A DNA stretch of 64,000 bases, from IMG/VR virus record IMGVR_UViG_3300030330_006019, positions 41,256 through 105,255 of that record; one strand, 5' to 3'. This document shows positions 1 through 10,950 of this stretch, piece by piece (the first letter of the stretch is position 1; the number at the start of each line of letters is the position of its first letter). This DNA comes from a virus. Its lineage: Duplodnaviria; Caudoviricetes. The translations under genes and the position numbers were made by a program. Under the pieces are notes generated by a model. That model had not been told where the DNA came from. It did no database searches and saw only the letters and a list, made by a program, of their open reading frames with translations.

Positions 1-347
1 CTTAGTGGAGATACGCATGGTAGTTCAACAACCCAATCATATGTTGTATCATAAATTCTTTCACATTCTAATACAGCATGTTTTAACGCATCTCTTGACC
101 AAACAGTATCTCCAGATAATTCTTCTGGCCTTAAAAACGGTATTTGTGCACCTGCTTTCTCAGCAACATCTGCAATTTCTTTTGAATCTGTACTTACGAT
201 ATATGGACTAAATAATTTTGTTTTTAGTGCTGCTTCAATAGTATATGATATAAGTGGTTTCCCATTTACTGGGTATATGTTCTTTTTTGGTATGCCTTTT
301 GAACCACCACGTGCTAATGTTACACCTAATATATTTTTGTTATTCAT
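1..347 (-). CDS. neuA: CMP-nonulosonate (acylneuraminate) cytidylyltransferase, truncated by the window edge
   Basis: Not in the ORF track. Manual translation gives [40 protein letters not shown]...VSTDS...[11 protein letters not shown]...LPCVSPL, with the ARGGSKG/KN motifs. The start overlaps the neuB stop. Confidence 0.92.
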   Translation of the reverse strand, partial: MNNKNILGVTLARGGSKGIPKKNIYPVNGKPLISYTIEAALKTKLFSPYIVSTDSKEIADVAEKAGAQIPFLRPEELSGDTVWSRDALKHAVLECERIYDTTYDWVVELPCVSPL

Positions 348-1143
348 TGTTAAATCTTCCGTGATAAATATTTCTTACTTCTTCTTCAACAGGTAAATAA
401 TCTCTTGCAACATACTGTTGAGCAATTGCTTTATTGTCAATCCACGCCTTAAGACTTTTTAATTCAGGTGGTGTAATTGCAAATTGATTATCTCTTCCAG
501 GTAAAGATGTATCTGTTGTAAAATGTTTTTCAATAACATTTATTCCATACTCCATTGCAAATTTTGCAACATCAGTACCTAAACAATGGTCGCTATAACC
601 AACAGTTGGACATATCCCTTTCAATCCAAAAATTTTATTTAAGTTTGCATCTTCAATACTACAAGGATAAGATGATACACAATGCATTAAAAATAGTGGT
701 TTATCAATTAAATCAACACTATTACAAACTTCTTTTAATGTTGTTGCACCTGTTGACATGTAAATAGATTCGAAGTGTTCATTGCAAAATTTAACAAGTT
801 CAATATTTCTACACTCCATACTTGGAATCTTAACTGTCTTAATACCTAAATCAACTAAAAGTTGTGCATCTGCAATACTAAATACTGATGACATAAATTC
901 AATTTCAACTTCTTTACAATAAGATATTAACTCTTCATGATTTTCACGAGTTAACTCTGCTTTTTTATATATTTCAATTCTTCCGTCCTCATTCCAAGGT
1001 CCTGGTTTTAATCTATCAACCGACCATGTTTGAAACTTTGCAAAATCTGCACCTGATTCTTTTGCTGCTTTAATCATTTCTTTAGCAAGATTCATATCTC
1101 CCATATGATTCCAACCTATTTCAGCGATTATCTTTGTCATCAA
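340..1143 (-). CDS. neuB: N-acetylneuraminate/nonulosonate synthase (short, no C-terminal SAF domain)
   Basis: [34 protein letters not shown] and IEKHFT motifs. Confidence 0.92.
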   Translation of the reverse strand: MMTKIIAEIGWNHMGDMNLAKEMIKAAKESGADFAKFQTWSVDRLKPGPWNEDGRIEIYKKAELTRENHEELISYCKEVEIEFMSSVFSIADAQLLVDLGIKTVKIPSMECRNIELVKFCNEHFESIYMSTGATTLKEVCNSVDLIDKPLFLMHCVSSYPCSIEDANLNKIFGLKGICPTVGYSDHCLGTDVAKFAMEYGINVIEKHFTTDTSLPGRDNQFAITPPELKSLKAWIDNKAIAQQYVARDYLPVEEEVRNIYHGRFNNE

Positions 1144-1291
1144 TTTTCTCCTGTATTTCTTTAAGTTCTGCTATTAACTTTTTTAGTTCACGCTTATGTC
1201 CTTCTAGTGTCCAACCATCTAATCTGTTTGCATGAACAATTTCAAGTTTAAGAAATTCTATTCTTTCTTGTATTTTATTAATTCTTGACAT
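1121..1291 (-). CDS. small coiled-coil hypothetical protein (56 aa)
   Basis: Manual [59 protein letters not shown]; it fills the gap and overlaps both neighbours. Confidence 0.6.
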   Translation of the reverse strand: MSRINKIQERIEFLKLEIVHANRLDGWTLEGHKRELKKLIAELKEIQEKIDDKDNR

Positions 1292-2462
1292 TTATTAACT
1301 CTCTTTCATATGTATCTAAAGATTTTATTTCAATATCAAATATGTCGTATTTCATATGACCAACCTGTCCACTGTCTGATAATATATTTGATAGCATTGT
1401 TAAAAAGTTAAATCTTTCTTGTGTACTTAAAGTTAATGCTGAAAATTTTACAATGATATCTTCAGACGGTTTGGATGATATATCACTTAATTTTGAATTT
1501 AAGTCATATGATGTATTTTTGTCTTCAAGACTAATATATTTACTTATAATTTTACTATCACAATATAATTTACTACACCAAGGTTCAATATGATACAATA
1601 ATTGCACAGATGCATCATTACAATCATCAACCACAAATGCAATGTTATATTTTTTTGACACTATAGGTTTCATCATTTTATCATGTTGAACACCTGTTCC
1701 CCACTTTCTAATAAACTCCCTAGTTGAATTTGCCATCATTCTTTTCCAATCATTATGTCTATCCTCATCTCCGTCAAAACTACCTGCACCTCTACCTGTT
1801 AAATGATAAACAAAACTATTCCAACTCTGAATAAACTTATAACCTGCTAGATGCATTCTATTAAATACATCACTGTCTTCTCTACATGAATGTAATATTT
1901 TATCGTGGCCACCTATTTTTAGAAAATCTGATTTATACATCATCCAAGGAGCAAATATTCCTTCTGTAGTTTTGTCACCATATTTTTCTTTTGCCAACTT
2001 TACATAATTATCAAATTCTTTTGACTTAAAATCTTCAGGCCACATACCAAAATCAACTAATATTTTTTCACCAGCATTTGGATGAATAGGCGGTTCTATT
2101 CGTGTAGAACAAACAACATGATTTTCTTTAAGTTTTTTCCAAGCAATTAAATCAGCATCTTTAGCTAACATCATATCTGCATGAAATATCATAAATACAT
2201 CGGTTGTTGATTGCTTAATGCAATAATCATATGCCATTCCAATACCGTACAAACTATTTCCTAAATCAGGATTTACATAGTATGATATATTGTAATCATC
2301 TTTAATATCCTTTAACCATTCTACTGTTCCATCTTCATCACTATCAACAAACACAATAATATCATGGTCTTTTCTATAAGCATTCTTTCTAATTGATGGA
2401 ATACATTCTTTAAGATATCTTAAGTTACTTTTACTTGGTATGCAAAATGTTATCCTATCCAT
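1278..2462 (-). CDS. GT-A (GT2-like) glycosyltransferase
   Basis: ITFCIPS...YLKECIPSI, FHADM, IGGHD, EDSD, FVYH motifs; start placed at MDRITF. Confidence 0.85.
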   Translation of the reverse strand: MDRITFCIPSKSNLRYLKECIPSIRKNAYRKDHDIIVFVDSDEDGTVEWLKDIKDDYNISYYVNPDLGNSLYGIGMAYDYCIKQSTTDVFMIFHADMMLAKDADLIAWKKLKENHVVCSTRIEPPIHPNAGEKILVDFGMWPEDFKSKEFDNYVKLAKEKYGDKTTEGIFAPWMMYKSDFLKIGGHDKILHSCREDSDVFNRMHLAGYKFIQSWNSFVYHLTGRGAGSFDGDEDRHNDWKRMMANSTREFIRKWGTGVQHDKMMKPIVSKKYNIAFVVDDCNDASVQLLYHIEPWCSKLYCDSKIISKYISLEDKNTSYDLNSKLSDISSKPSEDIIVKFSALTLSTQERFNFLTMLSNILSDSGQVGHMKYDIFDIEIKSLDTYERELINVKN

Positions 2463-3655
2463 TTCCAATCTCCTAACCATTCACAATCTTTTACAATTTG
2501 TGAAATTCTTTTTACATCATTTTTTGTTATTCCTAAATGTATTGGCAATGTAATTAATCTTTTTGAATATGAATGTGCATTTGGACATTTTCCATGACTA
2601 TCACTATACATTGGATAATTTGTGTTATCAATATAATGTACACCTGGATATATTTCATTGTTATATAATAATTCAATTAGATTGTCACGACACTCAGCTG
2701 GTACTAATATCTGAAATAAATGTTTTGATGATGTTGCAACATACAAATCATCTTTTACAATTTCTATACATCTAGGGTCGTGTCTTCCCCAATCATCAGT
2801 TAAATATTCAGTGTACCAATCTGCAATCTGATTTCTATATTTATTGTCTTCATCTAATCTATCCAACTGAACTAAACCTATTGATGCCATTATAGAATTT
2901 CCATGATATTTGAATCCAATGTTTGGTACATCATATTTCCATTTATACGAACCTTCAGTACTTCGTGAATATGTATCTTTGTCAATTCCTAACCATGAAA
3001 GTTGTCGTACTAACTTATCATCTTCTTCATCCCTAAAGCATATCATTCCACTATCTGCCGTTGGTAAATTCTTTACAGCTTGGAAACTAAAAATAGTAAC
3101 GTCTGCCTCTTTTCCAACATGTTCAGTTGTATAACCAACACCCATAAATACATTTTTAATTTTAGTTCCTGACATATGAGCTGCATCTAAAATTAATCTT
3201 ATATTATGCTTTTCACATATTCTCTTTACTTCTAATAATTCGCCTGTGTTTCCACCAATACCAACATATAAAACAGCTCGTGTTTTATCAGTAATATTTT
3301 CTTCAATTGACTTTGGGTCTAAACACATTGAGCTATCAACATCTGCAAATACTGGCTTTAATCTTTCGTACATTATTGCATGATTTGTTGATACAAATGT
3401 AAGAGGTGTGGTAATTATTTCATCACCATCTTTCCAACCATCTTTATTTTTGAAAAGGTTTAGAGCCAAATGAAGTCCTACAGTATTTGACGCAATGAAG
3501 TGTGCATGTGGTAAATCAGTATATTCTTTCCACTTATCTTCAAATTCAACAGTTTTGAAACCCATACCTGTCCAACCAGAATCCAAACACTCTCGCATTT
3601 GTTCTAATATTTTTTTAGTTTCAAATTTTGGCTTAAGTACATTTATTTTTTTCAT
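2450..3655 (-). CDS. DegT/DnrJ/EryC1/StrS PLP-dependent nucleotide-sugar aminotransferase
   Basis: TTPLTFVST, DAAH, FSFQAVKNL (PLP lysine), ITLPIH. Confidence 0.93.
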   Translation of the reverse strand: MKKINVLKPKFETKKILEQMRECLDSGWTGMGFKTVEFEDKWKEYTDLPHAHFIASNTVGLHLALNLFKNKDGWKDGDEIITTPLTFVSTNHAIMYERLKPVFADVDSSMCLDPKSIEENITDKTRAVLYVGIGGNTGELLEVKRICEKHNIRLILDAAHMSGTKIKNVFMGVGYTTEHVGKEADVTIFSFQAVKNLPTADSGMICFRDEEDDKLVRQLSWLGIDKDTYSRSTEGSYKWKYDVPNIGFKYHGNSIMASIGLVQLDRLDEDNKYRNQIADWYTEYLTDDWGRHDPRCIEIVKDDLYVATSSKHLFQILVPAECRDNLIELLYNNEIYPGVHYIDNTNYPMYSDSHGKCPNAHSYSKRLITLPIHLGITKNDVKRISQIVKDCEWLGDWKWIG

Positions 3656-3690
3656 AATATAATATAACTAATTTTATTGACAATAAAAAA

Positions 3691-4611
3691 TTATTTTGCT
3701 ATAAAACTTTCATTAATTGGAATTCTAATTGTTCTTCCACCTTCTTGGGGTAATTCAACCATTCCATTTCCACACTCTGTCATATATGGAGATTTTCTAT
3801 ATGTATCTGACAAATACTTAAATTTATGTGCACCTAAAACTTTTGTAAACTTATATGCATTAAGATACATTGTAGTATTTCCAAAGCCATTTGTGAGTTG
3901 TAACTTCTCTATCACATTAATGTCAGTTGGTACTTTAGTTTTATCATATACCATTAAATTGTGTTTATGGGCATCTGGTGAACCTTTTGAAACTGTTCTT
4001 AATGCATGGTTTGGAAGTGGAGTATCTACATAGTCAAATCCACCTATAGCTGTCATTGATTCATGTGTTAAACAAACAAAACTTCCTCTAACAGATATTG
4101 ACTGTAAAGGTCCTTGAATTAAATCATGGTTATCTTCCCTAATATAGTCAATCCATCTCTTATTTGGGTCAATCCAGTTTTTACTTATTGGAGGAATATC
4201 AAGAGGGTTAAAATATAAAGGATAATTTGCACCATTACCAATAACTTTTGCACCTGACTCAATTAAATCAATACATTTTTTTACAAATGACCAATCATGT
4301 ATTAATATATCGTCTTGCATAAAAAATATAATATCATTATCATTAAAACTTTCCAATTCATTAGATTTTTGAATATGTCTCCACCCTTGGTCATATCCAC
4401 CCCACTCTAACCCTAAGTTAGGAAATTCTTTCCAATTAAAATTATCCTTGACTATACTGGGTGGTGTTTTATGACATGTCCAAAATACATCAACAAAATC
4501 ATTCTTGTCACTAAATTCTTTTAATTCTTCAATAAAACTAGTTTGACCTTTTTTATTATCAAATTCATCAAACCACCAACCACAAACTATAAATCTTAAT
4601 TTTCTTTCCAT
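3691..4611 (-). CDS. hypothetical protein, probably glycosyltransferase-like
   Basis: NLGLEWGGY and FFMQDD (DxD-like) motifs; lies within the glycan cluster. Confidence 0.5.
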   Translation of the reverse strand: MERKLRFIVCGWWFDEFDNKKGQTSFIEELKEFSDKNDFVDVFWTCHKTPPSIVKDNFNWKEFPNLGLEWGGYDQGWRHIQKSNELESFNDNDIIFFMQDDILIHDWSFVKKCIDLIESGAKVIGNGANYPLYFNPLDIPPISKNWIDPNKRWIDYIREDNHDLIQGPLQSISVRGSFVCLTHESMTAIGGFDYVDTPLPNHALRTVSKGSPDAHKHNLMVYDKTKVPTDINVIEKLQLTNGFGNTTMYLNAYKFTKVLGAHKFKYLSDTYRKSPYMTECGNGMVELPQEGGRTIRIPINESFIAK

Positions 4612-4621
4612 AATATTTCCT

Positions 4622-5590
4622 CTAAATTGTACGATGTAACTCTATATCATTATCAACCATTTTTACAACCAATTCTGTAAAATTAGTTTTTGGAGTCCAG
4701 CCTAAATCATCTTTTGCTTTTTTATAATCACCTCTTAATACATCAACTTCAGCCGGCCTCATAAATCTAGGGTCTTGCTTAATATAATTTGACCAATCTG
4801 ATATTCCAATATGATTAAATGCTGCATCTAAAAAGTCACGAATTGAATGTTTTTTACCTGTTGCAATTACATAATCATTAGGCTGTTCTTGTTGTAACAT
4901 TAGCCACATTGCTTCAACATAATCAGGTGCATATCCCCAATCTCTTTCAGCATCTAGGTTACCTAAAGTAATATAATCAGAAAGTCCTAAATGTATCTTT
5001 GCAACTCCATCTGAAATTTTTCTTGTTACAAATTCAATGCCTCTTCTTTCACTTTCATGATTAAAAAGAATACCACTACAAGCAAACATGTTATATGATT
5101 CTCTATAATTTTTTGTTATCCAATGTCCATATAGTTTTGAAACACCATAAGGACTTCTTGGATAAAACGGAGTATTTTCATTTGCTGGATTTTCAACCAT
5201 TCTACCAAACATTTCAGAGCTGCTTGCTTGGTAAAATTTAATCTTTGGATTGAATTCTCTTATTGCTTCAAGTATTCTTAATACTCCTAAACCTGTTACA
5301 TTACTTGTTTGTTCAGGTGTATTCCAACTTTCACCAACAAATGATTGTGCTGCAAGATTATATACTTCATCTGGATTTGATTCTTTAAGACATCTAAAAA
5401 GTGAATTTTGGTCTGTCATATCACCATTAAGTATTGTTATGTTTCCGTCCAAATGTGAAGTGTTAATATTATTAATATGAGATGAACGCCTTTCCATTCC
5501 ATACACTATATAGTTTTTTGACAATAAAAAGTCAGCTAAGTGACTTCCGTCCATTCCACTAATGCCTGTAATTAATGCTATCTTTTTCAT
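4622..5590 (-). CDS. gmd: GDP-mannose 4,6-dehydratase
   Basis: ALITGISGMDGSHLA, YNLAAQSFV, QASSSEMFG, YGVSK, NHESERRG, RDWG. Confidence 0.96.
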   Translation of the reverse strand: MKKIALITGISGMDGSHLADFLLSKNYIVYGMERRSSHINNINTSHLDGNITILNGDMTDQNSLFRCLKESNPDEVYNLAAQSFVGESWNTPEQTSNVTGLGVLRILEAIREFNPKIKFYQASSSEMFGRMVENPANENTPFYPRSPYGVSKLYGHWITKNYRESYNMFACSGILFNHESERRGIEFVTRKISDGVAKIHLGLSDYITLGNLDAERDWGYAPDYVEAMWLMLQQEQPNDYVIATGKKHSIRDFLDAAFNHIGISDWSNYIKQDPRFMRPAEVDVLRGDYKKAKDDLGWTPKTNFTELVVKMVDNDIELHRTI

Positions 5591-6459
5591 TGATTTATCC
5601 TATTCTTTGAACCATCTATTGGTTGCATTGCTATGTAATGTTGATTATTATCTAAGTCTGGTGTTTTTCCGTATTTTTCAACAAACCTTTGTAGACTTCT
5701 TTGTTCTATTTGTGCCAAATTAACTGGCCTTGCCTTTAAGTTATCATCTGGAAATCTTGATGCTCTTGATGCAAAATGATAAACTAAAGATTTTGATGTC
5801 AATACAAACCTATAACCTTCATTCATCATTCTAATAAATAAGTCAGCATCTTCCCAGTATGCAGGGGCAAACCTATCATCATTTCCACCTATATAGTCCC
5901 AGTCACGTTTTCTTATCATTCCACTAACACCTTCAGTTTTAACAATTTCAAAATCATTTATTGAAGTAAAAGACTCTGCCCATGTTAAAAAATGTTCTTC
6001 ATCAAAGTTATGGTGATATTCACCAAATTCATTTAGTGGTACAAAGATTGTTCCTGGCCGTTGACTATCATTAAAAATATCTGGTTGTATTCTTTGGCTA
6101 AATACCATTAATTTATCATCTGGGTATTTTTCAAATTTATTTAATAATTCAATATCCCAGTTTTTTGATACATAAAAATCAGCATGTAAAAAATTAATGA
6201 ATTCAGTTTTTACCTTTGATGCACAAAAGTTCATTCCACCACCAATACCAATTGGATTTTCATTTTGTTCAACATAATATTCAAAATTCCATTTTTTACT
6301 ATTATCGGCTAACCATTCATTAGTACCATCTTGGCAATTTTCAGCATGAATAATTAGTGGTGAATCTTTATAATATGAATTTTCACGAACTGACTTGACT
6401 GCCAATTTCAAATAATTCAAATTGTTAAATGACGATATACAATGTGTTATCTTATGCAT
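5587..6459 (-). CDS. GT-A (GT2-like) glycosyltransferase, paralog of 1278-2462
   Basis: ITHCISS, DGTNEWL, FLHADF, IGGND, EDAD, LVYH. Confidence 0.85.
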   Translation of the reverse strand: MHKITHCISSFNNLNYLKLAVKSVRENSYYKDSPLIIHAENCQDGTNEWLADNSKKWNFEYYVEQNENPIGIGGGMNFCASKVKTEFINFLHADFYVSKNWDIELLNKFEKYPDDKLMVFSQRIQPDIFNDSQRPGTIFVPLNEFGEYHHNFDEEHFLTWAESFTSINDFEIVKTEGVSGMIRKRDWDYIGGNDDRFAPAYWEDADLFIRMMNEGYRFVLTSKSLVYHFASRASRFPDDNLKARPVNLAQIEQRSLQRFVEKYGKTPDLDNNQHYIAMQPIDGSKNRINQ

Positions 6460-7183
6460 TAGCTCTCTCCTTCAAAAGTTTTTCAACTATTTCAATATCA
6501 CCTGGAACATCAACTGCATGTGAGTCTCCAGATACATTTATTATTTTTACTGGTATTCCCATCTCTAAAAATCTCAATATATCAACTTCTTCTACACCTT
6601 CTAAAGGAGTAGTTCCCTGGTCTAAAAACAATTTTAACTCTTCTTTGTTATAAACATAAATACATACTTGTTTTTTACAAATTGGAGCATTTCCTGACTT
6701 TTCAACTGGTATTGGATTTCTTGATGCACATACAAGATTATCGGTTAGTCCCATTGCCATTTTTATGATGTTTCTATTTTCAGGTTTTTCAAAATCTTGT
6801 AAATCTGCTGCACAATTTATTACATACCCTGGGTATTGTTGTTTTGCATTTATTGCCAAAGTTATCTCATTAGGATTTAACATTGGTTCATCTCCTTGTA
6901 AATTTACAATTATATCAGCATCTAAATGATAAGCTGCTTCAGCAACTCTATCTGTACAACATGGATGTTTAGGAGATGTCATAATAACATTATAACCGCC
7001 ATTTTCAACAACATTTTTAATTCTTAAATCATCAGTTGCAACATAAACATTTTGTTTACCAACAGCTTTTTCTGCTATTTCTGCAACTCTTATAACCATT
7101 GGCTTACCTAGAATATTTTCCAATGGTTTTCCAGGAAATCTTCCTGATTTATATCTTGCTGGTATAATAACCGCTACTTTCAT
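6452..7183 (-). CDS. kdsB: CMP-Kdo synthetase (3-deoxy-manno-octulosonate cytidylyltransferase)
   Basis: IIPARYKSGRFPGKPL, VATDD, TDR, VNLQGDEP, VDVPGD; start placed at MKVAV. Confidence 0.9.
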   Translation of the reverse strand: MKVAVIIPARYKSGRFPGKPLENILGKPMVIRVAEIAEKAVGKQNVYVATDDLRIKNVVENGGYNVIMTSPKHPCCTDRVAEAAYHLDADIIVNLQGDEPMLNPNEITLAINAKQQYPGYVINCAADLQDFEKPENRNIIKMAMGLTDNLVCASRNPIPVEKSGNAPICKKQVCIYVYNKEELKLFLDQGTTPLEGVEEVDILRFLEMGIPVKIINVSGDSHAVDVPGDIEIVEKLLKERANA

Positions 7184-7842
7184 AATTGTCCTCCGTTTAT
7201 ATCTATACATGCACCATGAATATATGACGCATCTTCAGAGCATAAAAATAATATAGGCTTCACAACTTCATCAACTTCAGCAACACGTCTTAATGGAATT
7301 TTACTTTCTAAATTTGCCAATTCTTCTAAGGACATTGACCTTTCCAACATTGGTGTTAATGTCTGGCTTGGACATACACAATTAATGTTTATACCTCTTG
7401 GTCCTAGTTCTTGTGAAAGCTGTCTTGTTAAACCAATAATTCCTGCCTTTGATGAAGTGTAATGTACACCACTTACCAGGCTCTTATTTCTTCCAGCTAT
7501 TGATGATACATTTACTATTTTACTTCCTCTTTTCATTAATGGAATACACTTTTTAATTATATAGAAATATGATGTAAGGTTTGTGTCTATTACACTTTTC
7601 CACTCATCTAAATGTATATCTTCAATAGGTTTACAGTAATTGATGGCTGCATTGTTAATAAGTATGTCTACCTCATGTATATCTGAAAAATAGAAATCAA
7701 TATCTTCTTTTTTAGTTATATCACAATTTGACCTACTTATAGATTCAACCCTAGCACCAAGTTTTTTGAAAGAATCAACGATACCCTTTCCAATTCCTGT
7801 ACTTCCACCAACAACAACTACTGTTTTATTTTTCATATACAT
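7180..7842 (-). CDS. short-chain dehydrogenase/reductase
   Basis: GGSTGIG, NNAA, VSS, YTSSK, IDINGG. Confidence 0.92.
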   Translation of the reverse strand: MYMKNKTVVVVGGSTGIGKGIVDSFKKLGARVESISRSNCDITKKEDIDFYFSDIHEVDILINNAAINYCKPIEDIHLDEWKSVIDTNLTSYFYIIKKCIPLMKRGSKIVNVSSIAGRNKSLVSGVHYTSSKAGIIGLTRQLSQELGPRGININCVCPSQTLTPMLERSMSLEELANLESKIPLRRVAEVDEVVKPILFLCSEDASYIHGACIDINGGQL

Positions 7843-8248
7843 GCTCTACATCTGGTTGTGTTATTGCATACCTTATACCTGGACCTTTTATACATTTAAT
7901 ATGATGCCAAGTATTTACGGGTACAACAATAATATCATTTTTCTTTACTGTCTTTGTTCCTTGCCCATCAATCCACCATTCCCATTCTCCATCTATTATC
8001 ACCCAGTTTTCATCTGCATGTGGATGATAATGTTTTCTATTTCCTTCCCCACTTTGTTGCTGTATTACAACTCCACCAAACCTATCATTGTATGCAATTC
8101 TTACAGCCCAGCTACCCATTCCTAATTCTTTTCTTAAATCATCAATATTTACAGTGGTATTATTTTCATATGAATGAAATGTTTTTAATGATTCCTCTGG
8201 AAGTCCATCATCTGTTAATACATTTTTTACATCACTGTCTGATTTCAT
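7826..8248 (-). CDS. cupin-domain protein (possible sugar isomerase/epimerase)
   Basis: HYHPHADE...G and P..TWH cupin motifs. Confidence 0.85.
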   Translation of the reverse strand: MKSDSDVKNVLTDDGLPEESLKTFHSYENNTTVNIDDLRKELGMGSWAVRIAYNDRFGGVVIQQQSGEGNRKHYHPHADENWVIIDGEWEWWIDGQGTKTVKKNDIIVVPVNTWHHIKCIKGPGIRYAITQPDVEHVYEK

Positions 8249-9045
8249 AACTTCACTCTTTTTATTGATTTGTGGGCAGAACTCTTATCAGAAACTATTT
8301 CTAACTCAATTCCTTTAGAGTTTAACCATTCCTTTAAGAATTTTGTTGAATCTATAACAACTTGCATTTCACGGTATGTCATTCCACATTTTGCTTCAGT
8401 TATTTCACCATATTTATTTTCTTCAGTTGAATAACAATGGTCATGAAATATAACTTCATTTGGGTCATCACCAGAGTATGGGCTTAAATCCCCAATATCC
8501 CAACCAACTACAACAATTTTTTTAACACCTAAGTATACGGCTAAATGAAAAATTATTTCATACATCATTCCTGGACCAAATTGTCTATATATTGTTTTAT
8601 CCAATGTCCAATCATCAAAACTCAATTTTCCAGCTTGTGATTCATCCATTCTTTCTGGGTTAGGTATGTGATTACCAACAACAGGTAACATTAAATGACA
8701 TGGCCATTTATTTTCCAATATTAAATTTGGATGGAATTGTTCAAATACTTCCCATATATTTATAGTTTCATCACTTTCATAAGTATATGGCTGATAGTTT
8801 ATAATATTAAGAATATGAAAATCTGCAACCTTTCCTAAACTATTATATGCTTGTTTATTAGCAATTACTAACTTATCACTTAATTTTTCCTTTAGTTCAT
8901 CTACAGGAATATCATTTAATGATGGACCACATGTTACTATATATGCAGTTTCATCTTTATAATAATCTCGCATTTCACGAAGTCTAAGTGGTATAAGTTC
9001 GTGTTTACCAATATTCTTTTTTAATTGTTTAGTTTTAGAGTGCAT
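8245..9045 (-). CDS. DUF115/MAF-like protein (putative CMP-ulosonate transferase)
   Basis: AYIVTCGPSLN...VIANK...LAVYLGVKKIVVVGWD. Confidence 0.7.
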   Translation of the reverse strand: MHSKTKQLKKNIGKHELIPLRLREMRDYYKDETAYIVTCGPSLNDIPVDELKEKLSDKLVIANKQAYNSLGKVADFHILNIINYQPYTYESDETINIWEVFEQFHPNLILENKWPCHLMLPVVGNHIPNPERMDESQAGKLSFDDWTLDKTIYRQFGPGMMYEIIFHLAVYLGVKKIVVVGWDIGDLSPYSGDDPNEVIFHDHCYSTEENKYGEITEAKCGMTYREMQVVIDSTKFLKEWLNSKGIELEIVSDKSSAHKSIKRVKL

Positions 9046-10003
9046 CTACTTCTCCAAGAGTTTGTTCCCAATTCTTAAATGTTATACCTTTGTCATCAAT
9101 GTATGCAACTGCTCTAGGTTTTTCTGATGTTACCTTTGTGACAAATTTTGCCATATCATTATCTCTTAACCAATCCCATACTAACTGAATACCAGTTTTT
9201 CCGTTTATTAAACCTCTATCTGGTTTTGCCTTTGCAGTATAAATTATTACATCATACTTTTTTGACAATTTTTCAAGAGCTTCATATGAACCTTCAATTG
9301 GTTCGTCATAAACAGTTCCATCATAAAATCCTTTACTGTTTTTATGAATTACTCCATCAAAGTCTACACCTATATTTCTTGTTTCATCTGGAAAACTATG
9401 CTTTCTAATTTTATCACCTTGCCAATTTAATTTATCAAGTTCTTGTGGTGTATTTTTACCAATAGGCGGGCATTCTTTTCCAGAACCATGTGTAAGTTGA
9501 TATTGTAATAATAGGCTTAAACATTCTGCCGTATGGTAATACTCTACGCCTAATACTACTTGCGTAAGTCCTTTAATTTGTCCAGCTATAGGATTAGCTG
9601 TTACTAAGCATGTTTGCATTCCATTATCTGATGCCCACTGCAATGCTTTTAATACATCAATAGATTTACCAGAAGAAGAGATTCCATAAACTAATGATTT
9701 TTTCATTTGTGATTTTGTTCTTGTTGAAGTTCTTTGCTTTAACCAAGCAACCATCCATAAATCAAAACTTGTATCATTTATTAATGATGTTGCAACTACA
9801 CAACTCCCAGGGCACATTGCATTTTTTGTACCATTAGAAAGTCTTGTCATATCAACTGCCGTATGGTCTGCTATTCCCATATTGCCACCATGTCCTAATA
9901 CATAAATGTCATCACATTCATTATACTTTACTTGTAAATCATTCCATTCAGGTGTACTTATAACCTCTGTAAATCTATGTCCTATGTTTTCGATATTCAT
10001 CAT
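9035..10003 (-). CDS. SIS (GmhA-like sugar-phosphate isomerase)-HAD phosphatase fusion
   Basis: N-terminal LGHGGN...ADH, ND, GISSSGKS; C-terminal DFDG, YTAK, KP...YIDDK. Confidence 0.8.
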   Translation of the reverse strand: MMNIENIGHRFTEVISTPEWNDLQVKYNECDDIYVLGHGGNMGIADHTAVDMTRLSNGTKNAMCPGSCVVATSLINDTSFDLWMVAWLKQRTSTRTKSQMKKSLVYGISSSGKSIDVLKALQWASDNGMQTCLVTANPIAGQIKGLTQVVLGVEYYHTAECLSLLLQYQLTHGSGKECPPIGKNTPQELDKLNWQGDKIRKHSFPDETRNIGVDFDGVIHKNSKGFYDGTVYDEPIEGSYEALEKLSKKYDVIIYTAKAKPDRGLINGKTGIQLVWDWLRDNDMAKFVTKVTSEKPRAVAYIDDKGITFKNWEQTLGEVDAL

Positions 10004-10063
10004 AACTCTATTTCCTTTAATTTTATTTAATATAACAATTTTTCTTGAATAATAAAAATTTTA

Positions 10064-10948
10064 TCATATCCTTTTTAGAAATTTTTCCATTTCCAAAGAA
10101 TAATTTTTATGTGATTGTTGTCTCCAAAAATCTTTCATATCACTTTTTGTTTTTACATAATTATCATAAGGGTAATCTCTAAACATTCTATCTTCAATGA
10201 CAATCATATCTGATAAAACATATTGTCGTATGTCATAACCCTTTCTTAACATGTGCATTGATGCTTCTGCAACAAATGTATCATCTAATCCATAAGGTCC
10301 TAGTGAATCTGGAATTGTAATAAATTTTAACAATTCAATATTAAACAGATTAAACCATCCACCACCAAACTTAACCGTTGGTATCTGTTTTAATTTAGGT
10401 ATGCATGGTTCTCTTCTATCAAAAACTCTATATGGATTTGTATGCCATAGCTTTTTACTTCTATCAGTATTTCGTGTTCTTTCATTTGAAATAACATCCC
10501 AACTAGAATCCCATAGCTGCAAAATTTCTGATGATATAATATGATACTTATTTTTTATTTGGCTTATTGCATCAAACATCATTGTAAGATTGTAATCAGA
10601 AAAGTATACATCAGTGTCTAAATATAAAATATGTGTTGCATCTGTATCTGAATTAATTGCATTTCTTCTTTTATCATTACAACCTAAACATGTATCACTA
10701 ACATCAAATCTATTTACAAATGGTGAAAGTGACTTAATGTAAGTAAATTTATCTATAAAATATTCTTTTGGTATTTTTGAGTTTTCCCAATCTGTTAACT
10801 TATCAGATACATTTAGAGTAAAGTCAAGTATTACATTATTAACATCACTAATATAAAACTGTGACCTAGCTAATTGGTCAACTATTCTCTTTACTTCATC
10901 TATTTCTCTAGGAAGAGAATGTAAAACTATCTGTATTTTGTTTGTCAT
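10064..10948 (-). CDS. putative GT-A glycosyltransferase
   Basis: YLDTD DxD motif, KFGGGWF, YGLDDTF. Confidence 0.65.
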   Translation of the reverse strand: MTNKIQIVLHSLPREIDEVKRIVDQLARSQFYISDVNNVILDFTLNVSDKLTDWENSKIPKEYFIDKFTYIKSLSPFVNRFDVSDTCLGCNDKRRNAINSDTDATHILYLDTDVYFSDYNLTMMFDAISQIKNKYHIISSEILQLWDSSWDVISNERTRNTDRSKKLWHTNPYRVFDRREPCIPKLKQIPTVKFGGGWFNLFNIELLKFITIPDSLGPYGLDDTFVAEASMHMLRKGYDIRQYVLSDMIVIEDRMFRDYPYDNYVKTKSDMKDFWRQQSHKNYSLEMEKFLKRI

Positions 10949-10950
10949 TT

